NCBI GenBank assembly: GCA_905331295.1
Contig: CAJNYD010000322.1
Span: 310,001 to 358,653, forward strand
Direction of reading: 5' to 3'
Source: Rotaria socialis
Taxonomy: Eukaryota
Length of the DNA stretch: 48,653 bases
Made by a program: the position numbers and the translations under genes. The notes beneath the pieces were generated by a model, which was not told where the DNA came from, did not search any database, and saw only the letters and a list, made by a program, of their open reading frames with translations. Shown here piece by piece: positions 11,601 through 27,200 of this stretch (its first letter is position 1; each line of letters opens with the position of its first letter).

Positions 11601-14600
11601 TAGAAATATATTCTATCGAATACAAACCTCGAAAATTTTGTTGAAAAAATTGATAAGAAATATTATTCGCAGCTAATTGTTGAAATGTACAACGAATAAA
11701 TTGTTGCGCAATACTTCTTGAATTAGCTGGTGCGACAACAGTCGAATTTTCTTGCCATGTATATATATGAGATGCAGCAACTCTTCCAATGGTTTCAATC
11801 ATATCCATGAGTAATGGTGCTGCAATAGCTGGTTCACGATGAACAAGTGTTCCACATACAATTATACAATAACCAATACATTCTTCATTGTAATATTCAA
11901 TCGGTTGTCCACATTTATCACATTTAGGTGCAGCTATCATTTGATTATGTAAATCTGTATCAGCATATGGATTGTCTGATTCCTCGTTCGTTGCTGTTGC
12001 TGATCGTTTAACACCTGATGATGTTGTAATACCAGCTTTCAATGGACCTTGTGATGATGATGTACGTGTTGGACGACTGAAGATATTTCCAAAAACAAAG
12101 TGTTAACAATATAAACATAAGAAAGAATTCTATTAACCTGAGCGTTGGTGATCGAACATTTGAATCGTCTTTATGTTTAGTTTTTTTACTATAATAACTT
12201 GGTTTTAATTTTCCACCAGGTGCCGCACCGCCCATACTAACTAATGTTGATGAAGATAATGATGTTACTTTAGGAGTTTTCGGAGGACTTTCTTCTGTAA
12301 AGAGAAAAATTAAATCACATGTATGAACTAACATTTCGGATTAAAAAACTAACCTTTGAATCCACCGACACTAGGTTTAAGTAAAACAGTTTCAAGTTTA
12401 CCACGTTCAGCTGAATAAATAACACGTGACAGTTCTTTGACTCCTATGAAATATTTACTTTTATCAAATTTATGTGATGACATAAAAATAATTTATTACC
12501 TTTGATACCCTTCGCGTCAAGTTCAGTTAATTTTTCTGTTGGTAAAATTTGTGTTGTTGATGATGCTGTTCCAGCTGATGTGCCGGAATTTAAACCAGTT
12601 GCACTAGCTGTTCCACTACTAGCAAAAAAACTTTTCAAAAATTCTGTGTAAGATCGGCCAGTTGAAGGCATTTGATCTTCTGTTTGTCGAATTGTTAATG
12701 GTTCATCAAAGCATTCTATTTCGGGTTTATAAAATCTATTTTAAATCAAAATCTATAGAAAAAAAAAGAATAGAAGCTTTTTACGAATTACTTTGCTTTA
12801 ACTTTTTTCGGGGGTGATAATAATCTAAAACGTTTATGTTCAGCAATACTCGCTGATTCTGATTGTGTGTCACCTTCTAAATCATAACGTGTACCTAATT
12901 CATTTAGTTCTACTTCGCGTATATCATCAAATGGTCGTGAAGATCCTTGAAGAAATTTGTATAATTTTATTTAAATTAACTTGTCAAACAAACCAAAAAT
13001 TCCTTACCTCTTCTTGAGCCCGCTACTTTTGGTGTAATTCTACCGCTAAGACCGCAACCAGTTGCACCGAATGGTGGTGTTTCACATTGATGATAATGAC
13101 TTACAATTGTGTTCATAGCAACACGTGTTAAATGTTGAATTGTCACCGCATTTGATGTATATTGATACTAAACATAAGTTTTAAATAAATATTCACTTAT
13201 TTTTAAATAACAAAAAACAATATCAAGAATATTTACTTTATACAAAATAATAATAAGAGTCATCAACCATGAATCTCGTAGACTAGGGTCAATTCGTCCA
13301 AGCGTATTTGATGCACAGATATGATCATAAAATTGCATGGTTGCATTTGAACATGTAGAGAATTGTAGAAATGAGAGAAAAAATTGTAAAAGTATACTTC
13401 CAAGATTAAAATTATAATCAAGAACTTTAGGTAAATTAGATAAAAAAGCATGAAAAACTGGACTTCGTCTAGAAAAATAAAACATGATAATAGTAGAATA
13501 TATTTAAATAGATAACAACAAACCGAATTTTGCTTGGTAGCGTAACAAACGTTCGATTTGTTTGATTATAACCAAGTAACGAACATATATGTCGAACAAC
13601 AACATTCTAGGAAAATTAAAACGAAGCAGAAATTTTAAGAAATAATTAATAGATTTGGTTTTACTTGTTGCTTAAGCATGATTCGATCTTCGTTAACTTG
13701 ACTTTGATCATCTTTCATCATAAACTACAACAACAACGACAACAGCAACAAAGAAATGATTTTCTCTTATTTTAAATAGTGAACAAATTTTACTTTCGTC
13801 AGTAAATTAACCAACAATTGTAGTGTTGATTTGTCACTATTATCAACAGTAGGTGAAATAAAACTTCCTATAGAATCTGTTTCAATTTTGTCAGTGTTAT
13901 TGTTAGATGGTTGTGAATTAACTATTGTTGTACGTCGATGATGTGTGAGAAATCTTGCTGATGTTGATATCGGTTTAATTGAATCTGTTCTTGCCATAGC
14001 AAAACGTATTTGATTTAATTTACGAATAAAATGTTCACTTTCAGTATTAAAACCACCAATACTTTGTGGACTTATTAATTCGCCTGATTCTTCCATATTA
14101 ATTTGAGATTCAATTGATAATGTATCAAAACGATTAAGAAAATATTCCCAACTTAAAATTTTTATTGTTGAATTATTTCTTAATAATATCGTATAAAGTT
14201 TCGATAGACGATGTAATATTATTGAACGATCATTTATTACAGTATCGAATTGAAATTCAAGTGAACACATGACACTTTTAAATGATGCATCGCCTAATGT
14301 CTCTAATGAACACATGGCTTTTTGACTGACAGTAGGCTCAACGTCTTCGATTGAAGTTATTAAATTGAGAAAAGCATAAGCAAGTACAGATAGAACATTA
14401 TAATTATTTTTGATTAATTTTGGTTTAAGTAGTGAATAAAGCGCAATAACTCGTGTGCCTAAAACAAAGAGAAAAGAAAAAAGTTTATTGAAACGTCTTT
14501 ATTCGTTAAAAAAATAGAATTTTCTAAAGCAAGAGAAAGCATATTAATTTACCAGCTGATGAACGAACTTTCCAATGTGTACTTGAAAAATCTCGTTCAA

Positions 14601-17600
14601 GTATATCCCATAAAGCAGTTTTTCCAGGTTCATAATTAAGTGCATGAAGAAGTAATGGTACACAACATTCATTAAGATGACCATGTCCCAATGCAAGAAT
14701 TTTCCAAATACTAAATTAGAAAAAAAAACGATCAATGATATAGTTTTTATAAAAATAATAATTAATTTACTGTGGAACAAGTAGCTTTTCAAGACAATAC
14801 GAAAGAAAACCTCGATTATCTTTCGCTGCTGTTTCTAAACATTCATCATTTAAAATCAATAATTTTAAGCAACATAATAAATAATAGAGTGCATCAATAT
14901 CAATGATTCGGTCGAGTTCCTAAAAAGTAGAAAATTTTATCATTCAGAAAACTTCTTTTCTGTATCTACCTTGAGAACCGAATAAAAAAATTGTAAATGA
15001 ATATGAAGTGTATTGAGTTTAAAATAGAAGACACCCTGCGATGTGATCCATATTCCACCATCAGGATTATTTTCAACTTTAAGTTCTGATGGTGCTGTTG
15101 TAATTGCTGTTGTTGTAGCATTAGCATTACTAGTGGTTTCTTCATTATTTAATGATGTCGATGATGATGATAAACTTTGATTATCACCCGCTGTTGGTAT
15201 TTCAATACCTAGTCAGAGAATTTTTATTTTTATGCACATAAAAACAATGGAGAAAGAAAAAACGAAAGTAAATTGGTCACGGTAATTATGAAGGAACTAC
15301 GTTTAGGAGTTCGCCATTGATAAGTTCGTACTCTATATACACGATAGACTCAAGTGACATGCGAATAGTTTTAACATCAACAATACCATTAAGAATTTCT
15401 TGGGCAAAGCTATCATGATCTTACGGAAATTTCAATCTATTGTCATAGGATATTCTAATCAATTAATCGAAGCTAATTCAAACTGAACTTTTGTCAACTG
15501 ATAGATCTACTTTTCCGTAGAATGTATACTTTGAATAATTTTTCTTGCACACAATACTGCATTTTGAAAACTCAGCAAGATTTCAAGAAAGAGACGAGGA
15601 TCATATGCATTTTCAAAATTAATAACCGTATCACAACAGTACTTTTCTCAAAATGAACTTTTCAGAAATAGTTTAATTGCAAGTAGATTTATCGTTCAGT
15701 AAAATTTCCGATCCAATCATGATGAAGTGATTTTATTTCACTTACTGAACTTTGGTTTGCCTGTTGATTTAGCTGATTGCAATAATGTTTGTTGTTGTAA
15801 TAATTGCTGTTGCTTAAGTTGTTGTTGTTTAAGTTCGCTTAAATTTGGTAATTCAAGTTCAGGTAATTTTATTTCATCTCGTGGTGAAATATATTTGAGT
15901 ATATCTTGTGCTATTGAAAACCACAAAATATATTCTTCACAAAATGAACATTGACTTGATGATGTTCGACAACGATGACGACGAGCCCATGGTAATATTA
16001 ATTGTTTATTCATTAATGACAAAATTTCTTTTGATAGAGGATTATACATTCCTTGATGTTGTGGTGTTTGTTGAAGTTCCATCTAATAAAAAGAAAGAAA
16101 ACAAAGAATTTATTAACAGATATTAAATTCTAATAATAAATTAGCAAAAAAAAAGAATATTCTACTTGTTTTAATGTCATATCCACCATCATAATACAAC
16201 ATGTTGAATTAATTTCACTTTCATTAATAATAAATTCTTCTTCTTCTTCTTTTATAATTGAAACCATTTCTTGTCCAGTCATTTGTTGTAACATCAATTG
16301 ATGACGATGTGCACGATATGTTTCATATGTATCAAAAACGAGAAATTTATTTGTTGATGAGGATCCTGACATTGTTGTTAAACCGGCGATACCACCTGTT
16401 GGATTCGCTACATTTCCTTCATCTTGAGACAACATCATTAAATTTAAACCATTGTCCATGGATTGCTCATTTGATGATGAAGCTGCCATTGTATAGTGTT
16501 CACGGCGTTGTGCACGCGATTCAAGTTTTTGTAAAGAATTTGTACCAGTAGTAAATATTTGAACAAGCAATGGAACTGGTATATATATATCGATTAAACA
16601 TAAAATTTGTAACCATTGTAAAGCTTGTTCTTGAACACTAGCTGGTGCAGGAGATTGAAAACGATCGGTAATAAAATGATATAATTGATCACGTGTTAAC
16701 GATGATGGAGACATATCAGGATCTGGATCGAACATTTTTCTATTTTGTTAAAAAATATTACAAGGAATTTACAAATAAAATGAAAAAAGTTAATTACCGA
16801 AAAAGTAAATTTAAGTTAGTTAAATCATTTTCTGGTACTTCTAATCGAATTGATTCCATCCAATAAGGCATTATATAGTCCCAGATCTATAGAGAAAAGA
16901 AATTTCATTATTAAAATTCAATGTGAGAATGAGTCCAGCATCAAATCAAAACATTTGTGGTCTACTTGTAGTCCTTTGTTGATGACAAAAACTTTTACAA
17001 ATTATCATCAAAAAACTAATTTTAAATAGGCCTGATTTTTTACCACAAAATAGAATATAGCGAACTATATTTAGCAAAATGACTATTGTAATAAGATATA
17101 TTACTAGTATGTAAATGAAAACTAGAAGTCATCTCAATGAACAATGTATTTTGAAGAAATACTAGAGTCTTCTGAGAAAATAATGATAATACTACTTTTC
17201 GAAGTTCAAATTGAACGCCCGTATAAAGACAGTCCTTCAAGAAGTATATTCTTTCATAAAAGTTTCACGTCTTTTGATTAATTCTACTCTGAAATAAGAA
17301 TCTCAAATCTACCATCACACATGAACGATGTAAACGGAACACTTTTATCATCGCTATAGTCTAGAATATTCACAAATAACAATACTCACTAGGTACTGTT
17401 GTTCGATAATGTTTAAAAAGCAAAAGAGAAAAGGAACCTGCTTGATGTTAACAAGACAACTGTACAACTGTATTTTTTCGGGTTATTCATAAGAAACATA
17501 ATCTGGATTTAAAAAGTGATTTATCACTTACGAGACTGCTATCATAGGATATTTTTTTTTTAATATCGAAGACCGAAATGATAAACTTACTTCATATGTA

Positions 17601-20600
17601 ATAATGCCATCTGGCATTAAATCATATAATTTATTAAGACATTCAATAACTTGTGTTGTTCGATTCGCCATGGTTTCCCTAGAAATTCATAGATTTTTCA
17701 ATAGTTAAAAGATTTATTAGATGCTTTCTTTAGTTTTATTTACCAAATACCACCAACTTTTGCATATTCCACTGGATGTGGAAGAAGTAAAGCAATAACT
17801 AATTCATGATGCTCTTTCACAACTGATTTAAGCCACGGTATAACATACTAACGAAATAAATAAGTAAATTGAACATTAATGCAAATCCTTTATTTTCGTC
17901 TTACTTCAGATTTTAATTTGCCTAAAACACTTCCAATTTCATTTCCTGGTAAACGAACCGTTGAATGAAACCAAAGAAATAACATGCTTAAAATACGTCC
18001 AAACATTTCCTAAGAAAAAATACGAAGAAAAAACAAATTTTTATAATTGAAAAGATAAAAGAAAATGCTCGTACAGGTGGTCCATATGATGTTGGTTCAA
18101 TAAGACCCAAAATTAAATAGATTCCATATCGACTTAGTAATTTTCTTCCGACATCAATATCCAGACTTAAAAACATGGTTGCTGTATTATCAATATTTTC
18201 TGCTAAAATAGATTTTTTTTCATCGCTCATTGAATCAACAATACGTTTTTCTTCGTTGTTATCTGTTTCACGTAACAAACTAATTATAGCTTCGACACAA
18301 TGATTTTGTACGTCAGGTGATAAACGCCACATATCGATTAATGTTTCTTGATAGACATGATTTGAATCAATATGTCGTCTTTCATGACATTGGCGACATA
18401 AACTTATAGGATGATTACCATTTGATAAACAACAGTCAATTGAATAGCAAACAGCATGAGTGATCTTTTTATCTGAGATACATAGCTAGAGAAATTAAAA
18501 AGAGAGAAAAAATGTTTCATCTTTTTTGTTCTTTTATTACAAATCTTACTTTATTTTGACAGTGTAGAGAAATTTCTGATACAGGACAAAGAATATTACG
18601 ACAAAATTGTTGCACATCTTTCGAAGAGCTTTTATAACAATCAGTACACATGTAAAGTGGTGGTGGCATATTTTCACCATACTTTGATAAAAGAATATTA
18701 ACGCAAACTTTTGATGCAATATTTTGCCTGTGGGTACATCTGCCTGTTTGACATATTATTGGTTTTCGAGCTAAATCAATTCAAGTATTTTGATTATGAT
18801 ACGAGGAGTCAAGAAAACCAAAAAATGATAAATCCTTACGACTAAATTTAAAATGTACTGAACGTCGATCGATTCCAGTCGGATTAAGCATAGGCCAATA
18901 GAAAAAAAGTAAATTCGATGCGACAGCTCTTGCTGATGCAGCTCCATGTGCAATAACAAATAGAATATCCTACGAATTGAATTGGAATGTCTTGACAAAG
19001 AATTTTATTTTAAAAAATATGAATATTTGCATATAATTATATTTAACATGCATGAACAAGACAATATTTATGTGGTTCTAACGTTAAATATTTATTGAAG
19101 TCGAAAATCTCTATTTTAGACAAGCATCATGATAGTCAATGAGAAATATTTTGCCAAGATCCTATAAGACATATTCTTGACGAGACACTCAGCTTGTTGA
19201 TATACATGTGAATTACTCATGAAGGTAGTAATAAACTATTGTCAAAATAGATAACTACTGATGATAATATTATTAATAAATTCATTATTCAATAAGCTAT
19301 GATTTTCTTGTGTAAATGCTTCAATAGAAGCAAAAGAAAATAAGTAGGTCTTGATCGCAGTATTAGAAGTCTATAAGTACTCATGCTCATATACTATTGT
19401 TCTTAAACTAGTAGAATTTGACAGAACTCTTTAACTGGCGGAATAATTTTTATAAAATAGAAAATAGAAAAATTGAATTGTTACTTATCGGTTGTACTCA
19501 AAGACAAGCTATAAAGATATGCCCTTCTTATAATATCGAATATTAAAAACACCAAACTGTTATACTTTTTCTCATAACAAAATATCTTCTGTGTTACTGA
19601 ATATTCAAAACACAACGAATAAAACATATATTTAAGCTGAAATTTTCGTGCAATCCAATGAGTGCAAAACTTGCTCATGAAAGAAATTCAAAATTGAAAC
19701 TTCTCGATTTCATCTTTACATAAATATGATAACCATAGTGAAAATATTATGAAATTCTAATCACTTGTGAAGAATATTACAGGTGGACGAGCTCCTGTAG
19801 GATTTTACTAACCTTGTCAGGGTCGTCTTATTCGTGAAACAGTTATGTGAGTAGCGATTTCTTCTAGAGAATGTCCTTTTCTCAATCAATAATTATCAAT
19901 GTTACTGTGGGCTTTTATTCCATATGAACTACGCAATGGAAACGCATAGTATCCATCTAGAAATTGAATTCTAAGAACGATCATAATATGTGTGTTCTTA
20001 ATAACATAAGATACTAGTAGTCAATGTTATTTGTTTTCTTGTTCTAATTAAACAGAATTGAAGCATGTCTCTATAGTTTTAAGTCTACTTCATTTCCTTC
20101 AATTTCTTGCATTCTATCAAAAGCTCATAAATACATAAAAACATACAATCAAACCGTGCGATACGAGTACAACAAAAAGCAATGGAAACATTTACTATTA
20201 AAAACTCACATAAATCAAATCCGCTTTTAAACTCAATAAACATTCCATAATTTGCGCATGATAACCTGGAAGTGAATAATCATTTTTTGACTTTATCTCT
20301 TTAGATTATTTCTTTTCGTTCAATCGTATTGTCTTCATAAAATGATTTCTACTTACTCTCATTGTCACTGTTTTCAAAAATAATAAAAAGAATCGATGCT
20401 ATTGAATTTAATGTCATTGAATGTTCTGGATATTCCGTATAAGCTAAAATATTTATTAAAATGTAAATATAAAATTCATTTTAAATACTATGCCTCACCC
20501 ATATTGATTGGTAAAAGTGTATTACATAGTGTATCAAGTGTTTTTTTCTGAACAGATGTTGGAAATGTAGTTAGCGTTGTCGCGAATGTATATGGTAATG

Positions 20601-21080
20601 CATCAAGTAATTCATAAGGTAAAAATGGTGCTAGACACGCAAGTGTATTTATAATTGATTCTGCTGGTTCTGTTTCAATTGGTTGCAATAATGGTACAAC
20701 GTCGATGAGATTGATTAAAGAATGATACAGTGATGAATAATTTAATGATGGATATTTACTGATACGATAGGAATGTTTACCAGATGTTTGTTCTTGATTG
20801 TGATCAATAGTCATCTCTTTTAGTACACTAGAAGAAACAGAATTTTATTAGGTTCAACTATTGTGCTTTTGATATTTCTACCCTAGAAGAGTTAGAGTGA
20901 ATTGCTTGAGAACCAATGCAATATCATATGTAGATGGTAATGGTGTAACACCGCTAACTATATTGTTATAATAATCGTTAAGAGTTCGAATCTTAGATGA
21001 GACTAAATAAAAATAAAAATAAGAAATCCAGTCATTGTAGTTTTATATGTATATTTACAGGCAGCTGCACGAGTCGCCAT
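8617..21080 (-). CDS. unc-79: Protein unc-79 homolog (NALCN channelosome subunit), multi-exon
   Basis: The spliced N-terminus MATRAAAFSSKIRTLNDYYN (exon 21080-21059, next exon from 21002) and YRISKYPSLNYSSLY match UNC79. Internal blocks include PASVQEQALQWLQIL, GTLVHREPAIAAPLL, EDTLGGQLKAGLAQYLALEF, IRFLSWLMIGSLTH and DFWARITPGILHLL. The last exon 8708-8617 encodes AILLKWLNRLQFKIGQIETQSSHAAQFYSL*, the conserved UNC79 C-terminus. Confidence 0.95.
9191..9220 (-). other. Candidate 30-nt symmetric micro-exon of unc-79 (DKESPNKHRE)
   Basis: tttcAG|GATAAAGAAAGTCCTAACAAACATCGTGAG|GTattt lies inside an otherwise unusually long 264-bp intron (9065-9328). Both flanking junctions are phase 0. Confidence 0.6.
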
Positions 21081-21510
21081 TCTATCTAAAGAAGATAAGA
21101 ATTAATTGTTTGCCAAAAGAAAAATGATTCAAAATGAAAGATTATCTATTGATAACCTTTTCCCGAAAAAAGTCAACAATAGAAGAAAAAATAAACTAAA
21201 TAATAAAAAAAAGAACCATTTAATGCGATCGATCGATTCTCCTAGGACCTCGTGCTATTATTCTAAATAGTGTCGCTAATAGTTATAGAAATGTGTTCAT
21301 TTTCAAGTAGCGCTAATTTCGGAAATTGCAAATGAACTCATTCAGATTGGTTTATATTATTAGCCAACTCCATTGAAGGTCATAAAATCTATCTAATAGA
21401 TTCGTATCAGGCAACTGTGTTGTAAAACGCTTTTCGAAAGTTGAACCAAGAAGAATCTACATAAAGACTTACTTTATATTGAGTAGAGAACGATATTTCT
21501 AGTCGACAAT
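21081..21510. promoter_or_regulatory. Putative bidirectional promoter between head-to-head unc-79 and CUEDC1
   Basis: Only 430 bp separate the divergent ATGs at 21080 (-) and 21511 (+). The call rests on position only. Confidence 0.6.
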
Positions 21511-23771
21511 ATGGCCGCCTCATCGAGATCAGCAACCGTAGGCGAATTGCGTCGAATGTTTTCCAACTTAGATTCAGCTGTAATCGAAACTGTGTTAGCA
21601 GCTAATAATGGCCAAGTTGACGTTACAATTGATCATTTACTTACAATGTCAATTGATACTGAAAATGAAAATAATGTTCAACAAGTGAAAAAATTTCAGC
21701 TTAACTGTATATATTTAATGATACTTTTAAATGTTATAGGTGACACCAACAACACTACTTCAACAGTTACCAGCTGTTCTTAATGTATACGATGATGATC
21801 CACCACCTTGTAAACTATTTTTTCTTACTCCCACATTAGTAAATATTTTATGTATATTCATTCTAGATCCTGGTCATGATACAAAAGGTAGTAATTGTGC
21901 ATCATCAACAACAACCACCATACCTTTTCTTCCACAACGTTTCTCATCAAATTATCCGTCATCAATAAATCAAAGTCAATTAAAGAATATACATTTTGAA
22001 GAAGAGTAAATAACAGATTTAGTTTATAAATAATCATTTTTTTATGTTTTGCATTACTTTTGAAGTGCATATTGTCTACAAGATCTTCAAGTACGAAGAT
22101 GGAAAACAGCTTATGATCAATATCGTATTTGTTATATTGGGGATTTACCAGACGATTTTCTTCGAGTAAAATTAACATCCAAATTTGAACCAACAAACCA
22201 ATCGAAGGTATATAATTGTTTTCAATGATTGATCTTATTATTTTAACAATTACAAATAAATAGAAAAATATGCATGGACAACATGATAACGCAGCACGAT
22301 ATATTGAAGATGAACATTTAGAAGAATTTCTTCGAAATGAAGAATTTTTAAATGAACTTCGACGTAATCAAGATTTTATAACAACTCTAAATTCAGGTTT
22401 GCTTTTATTTATCTCTTCTTCTATAAAAGAAAAGATGACATGAACATTTAGATCAATCTACTCGATCAACAGCATCGAATCAACAAAATCGATCATTTAA
22501 TTATTTAAGTACAAAACCATTACCAATGCCAACACCACCAACCGTTGAAACCCCTAAAACGCCAAAAGTTCGCGCAAGAATGCTCCAAAATGCTCTTACA
22601 CAAATTGAACAAGGACAAACAATAAAAAGTATGAAGAAAATTATTTATTTAATATATTTTTAAAATTGCTTTTCTAATATTAAGCCTCGATGGTTCCACA
22701 AGAATCTATCACTCAAAACGAAAGTTATTCTTACGGAAAAGGTATTTGAATAGCATTAAAAAATTCGATTGCTTTCATTTTTGTTATCTTCTCTGAAGAT
22801 AATCATGACCGAATTCCACTTCCACCTGCACCATCTGCCAGCGAATTCGATCCGTTACGGCCGGAAAGTAATGAAGAATTTATTGCTCGCTTAAAAAATA
22901 TGGGAAAAAGTAATAAATTTCGATACGAAATAATGTTTAAGAAAAATATTATTATTTTTCAAAAGATTCAATGGACAAATTCAATCAGTTAGCGCGTCGA
23001 TTTTCTACACGTAAAAATACAACAATAAATCCTGGCAAATACTCGAAACAACCATTGTAAGTTCTTCTTGATGTCAACTAGATCATTATCAAAAATACGT
23101 ATATCAAAGTCAATTGTTTGATATTAATTCATTGAAAAGAAAGATACAATTCTTTGACATCAAATTTAGCTGTTTAAATTTTGATGCAAATTAGAAATAG
23201 TTAGCTGTTCCTTTTATTTTATTTTACGTTCTTAATTTCATCATTGCTAATGTGTAAAAACAATAGATACAGAACGTCAAAATATGATATCAACATGTAG
23301 AAGAAAGTGGCAAGACTGCATAGACATAAATGCAACTCGAAAACTAGATGATCAACAATAGTGATCGGAAAACTGCAAAGATAAAGAGGCTGTGTTGTTG
23401 TGCATCTCATTGATTTCATACTGTTAAAGCAAAACATTTTTAGAACAAAATTTTTGAGAATAACTTCAGATTAGGAACATGTATTTATTATTCGCTTAAC
23501 CTAGCTAGTATTGAATTTAATCATGAATGAAATTCTAAATCATTAATAAAATTTTAGTCTTATCAAACTCATGTGTTTGAATAGATCCTTATTTATTTTT
23601 GATTTATTTAGAATGGCAAACACATCAGAACGACAAATATTAACAAATGAATTCGATAGTGATGATGATCCTATTACATTGAACAACAACAACCCCGTTC
23701 GTTTTTTTTCTCCCTAAATATTATTTTCGTTTTTATTTTCATTTTAGAATCGATATCTCACTTCCGTCTAA
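21511..23771 (+). CDS. CUEDC1: CUE domain-containing protein 1, multi-exon
   Basis: N-terminal CUE domain (LRRMFSNLDSAVIETVLAANNGQVDVTIDHLLTM). CUEDC1 motifs IGDLPDDFLRV, YIEDEHLEEFLRNEEFLNELRRNQDF and FIARLKNMGK..KFNQLARRFS lie in downstream exons. Last exons are 23612-23696 and 23748-23771 (TAA). Confidence 0.88.
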
Positions 23772-24262
23772 TATCTCATCTCAATTAATTTTTTGCTCTT
23801 GTTTTTTGTTGTACTCTACTAACCATACCGTACTATTGTTGTTTTGTTCTGTAGATATTCTCATCTATTTTTATTCATATCTCAGGTTGTAGTAACCTCT
23901 TTTTAATTTTTTGTTTAACATTCGAATATCATTCAAATATTTCTGCTTAATTAAACGAGATAAATGACTTCAGAAAGAGAAAAACTAAATGTTTGTTTTC
24001 TGTTGAATAGATCGTGTATGCATGCAAGTCAGATTGTAATATGAACAGTTAAATTGAGACGAAAATCAAAAATTTCTTTAGCACTTTTTCTTTGTCTTGC
24101 GTTAGAAACTCATTATTTTACTTTTTTTTGTTTTTACGTACTGCGAAGCTTACAATTTTTATTTTTATTTATGAATAAAATAATAATCCTTTCATATGAA
24201 ATAAAACAAAAAGCTCAAACAATACATAATTGTTTTAGATATTTAACCGAAAAGACAAGAAA

Positions 24263-27200
24263 ATGAATGGTTGCTATTTGACATCTGATGATGAAAAATT
24301 CCTTGATTTAATTACTGATGAACTAGACAAATACAATTCATTAAATGATTCGTCCTTGTGTGTGTTCTTAGTTTATTTTTGATATTAGCTAATTCATTTG
24401 TTTTAATTTATTTATTGTTTATTTTTTTTTGCAGTATTCTTCTTTTCCCATCTTTATCATCTCGACATCGACTATTATTACATCGTCTTCGTGAGAAAAC
24501 CTATCCAAAGTTATTTAGTTTTTCTGTCGGTGAAGAAAGAACAACTCGTCGTACAATCATTTGTTTCAAATTACACGTTATGGATGAAACGGATACGTAA
24601 GAATGCTTTTATATATTTAGTGTGCACGAATCATTTTTTGTTTATTTAATTCCTTGGAAAAGCGTAGGAATCAACTTTTGACATAGTGAACCAATTTTAA
24701 ATGTAAGAATTCAGATCAAACCATAAAATAACCTTTTCATCTAAGTAGCTCAACACGTACATCTGGAATTTTCGATTAAACTTATTAATCTTTTGTTAGA
24801 GCATACGTAATTGATCGTTAGAATTTGGATGAGGTGAAAATCGCATGCGGAGATTTCTTACAATGAACACAGCTTGATAAAAACATGATAGTTCTTATAA
24901 ATGTGTAGAATGAGGCAGTATGCAATAACGTAGTATATGTCCGAAATATTGTAATACTTTGGCTTGTATAATATTTATAGAATTGAAAAATGAACTCATT
25001 GTGGGTAAGTTAATGCATGCATGATAGATTAAAATGGGACTTGTGGGAAAATTAATAAAACGATCTTGTTAAGGAGCATAGCTAAATAGATGACCCATCT
25101 CGTGATTGATTGGCCTTTCAAAACTCATCTGGTTGTGTTACAATGACACAAGCATTGAAGCATACGAAGTATTGCTGAGTCATCAATAAAAAGGTGACAG
25201 TCCCAGGTTGATGATGAATATCATTATTAAAAACCATGAAAATGACTATTTTGAGATAGATTTACTATAGCAGTACTATTTCAATATTAATCACTTGAAA
25301 TAAATGGTCGTCTTTAACAATTATATAATGATACTATAACAACTAATCGATCATTCAATGCATGTAAAATGATAGGCGTTCGAGTTGAAAAAGTTTGAAT
25401 ACTAAGATTTCATGTCATAGTTTTCCATAGCATTGAAAAAATAATTGTATACAATGGCCGAGTATTGGGAGTAGACCGTTAAGGTGGAATAAGTTTTACG
25501 AGAAAAGCAAAGCTCTTGTGATTTTATTCATGAATCTGAAGCATGAAACTATAGAATATTGGCTTAATCGAGACATCAAATGAATATAAATATGAACCGT
25601 TGTTAATACATTTTGTAAATCAAAATTGATAGTTAATTTGTACGTCTGATAACTGTGATTTCTCTGGCAGTGAACTATTCAGCCTATTAAAATATAGCAA
25701 TCGTGAATATTTCGACTGAGATTTTTCATTCGCTGATTTTCAATAGTTGATCATATTGAACAATTTAAATTGGTAATATTTAAGAGAAAGCAGTTTGACT
25801 ATCTCATATACTGTTCGAACAAGATTCGATAGGTTTTTGTTTGTAAATAGTTTCATCATAGTAATATGATTTAAAATATTAGAGGTTGAAGCAAATATCC
25901 CATATATTCCTCACATGATGTATTGTAATTGGTATCAATTTATTCTAATCATAAAATAGTTGCACCACTATGGACTGCATCTAATTGATTTGAGATAGCA
26001 CTATGCAAATAGTTTTTCAAAATATTATTTCAGGTATGATATGATAGAGTTGACTTGCAAGTTTTATGAACACGAATATCATTATCATGAACAATAAGTA
26101 ACGAACCTTGCCTCGATTTCTAGTTTAACTATTTAAAAGTACATTGACATTCGCTAAGCTAGTTGGCACTAATCTAAATGAAAATAACTTTCCATGGTTT
26201 CACTCTTCCGTATACTGTTTTTTTTTGTCTCGAAGATGTCATCCATAAACATAGATCAATATGATCATTTTCTCATTGTGTTTGAAGATAATAGTGTGAT
26301 GAGAAATGTTTTTATTTTGCATGTATGCTAATAGCAAATAGTATAATGTAGAACTAAATTGTTTTTTTTTGATAGTTTACATCATGAATCTTGATTTTAA
26401 TGCTTGTAAGTAGTTTTAAAGTTCAAGGACAATAATAGATCTCTCTCGAATATTAATACAATCAATGATCTATCATATGCTTGTGTAGGGTATTCAGAAT
26501 TTTTCTACATAGATTACCATATATTTGAGGAGCTAAATGTTTATCCTTGGATGTGCATCGAATTTTTTTATAATTCAATAACGATCAGAAAGTTCTCACT
26601 ACAATTACAAGATAGCAATGTAAAATCAACGAATTCTTATTGTTGATTCACAATGTTATAGTCAACAGTAGCGAATAACTGAAGAGAAATTTTCATATTT
26701 GTTGTGTAAATATTTTGACTGTTAGAGTTGGTCGACTTTAATAATTGATCATCTTTTGATCTTATTCATTTCAAATTTTTGTTGAATAAGTATTTCGGTT
26801 TGATTTATATTTTCTTGTTATCTTGGTTTTAAATGTTATTGTTGAATTTGAGATGATGAGAGATATAAAAAAATCTTCACTAATTATTTACATTAAGGGT
26901 CTGTCCATCAATATGCCCCCTTAAGTCAATAAGTAACTAATATGATGCACTGCTTAATTCATCTTTAAGATTCACATACTTCTTTTCAAATAATAATGAT
27001 TTTGATACGTAAAAGTACACTAAACTATGTGATGAAATCTATTTTTTTTTCAATTTCCAGTCTTTTCCTGAAAAATTTATTCACGTCAATACGTTGATTA
27101 GATGAAGTATACTTCGCAAAAAAAGAAAGAACTTTTTAATCTTTAAATCTATTGTAAAAATCGAATCAGTTTTGATAAGAAACATTGCATTTCGAAAATA

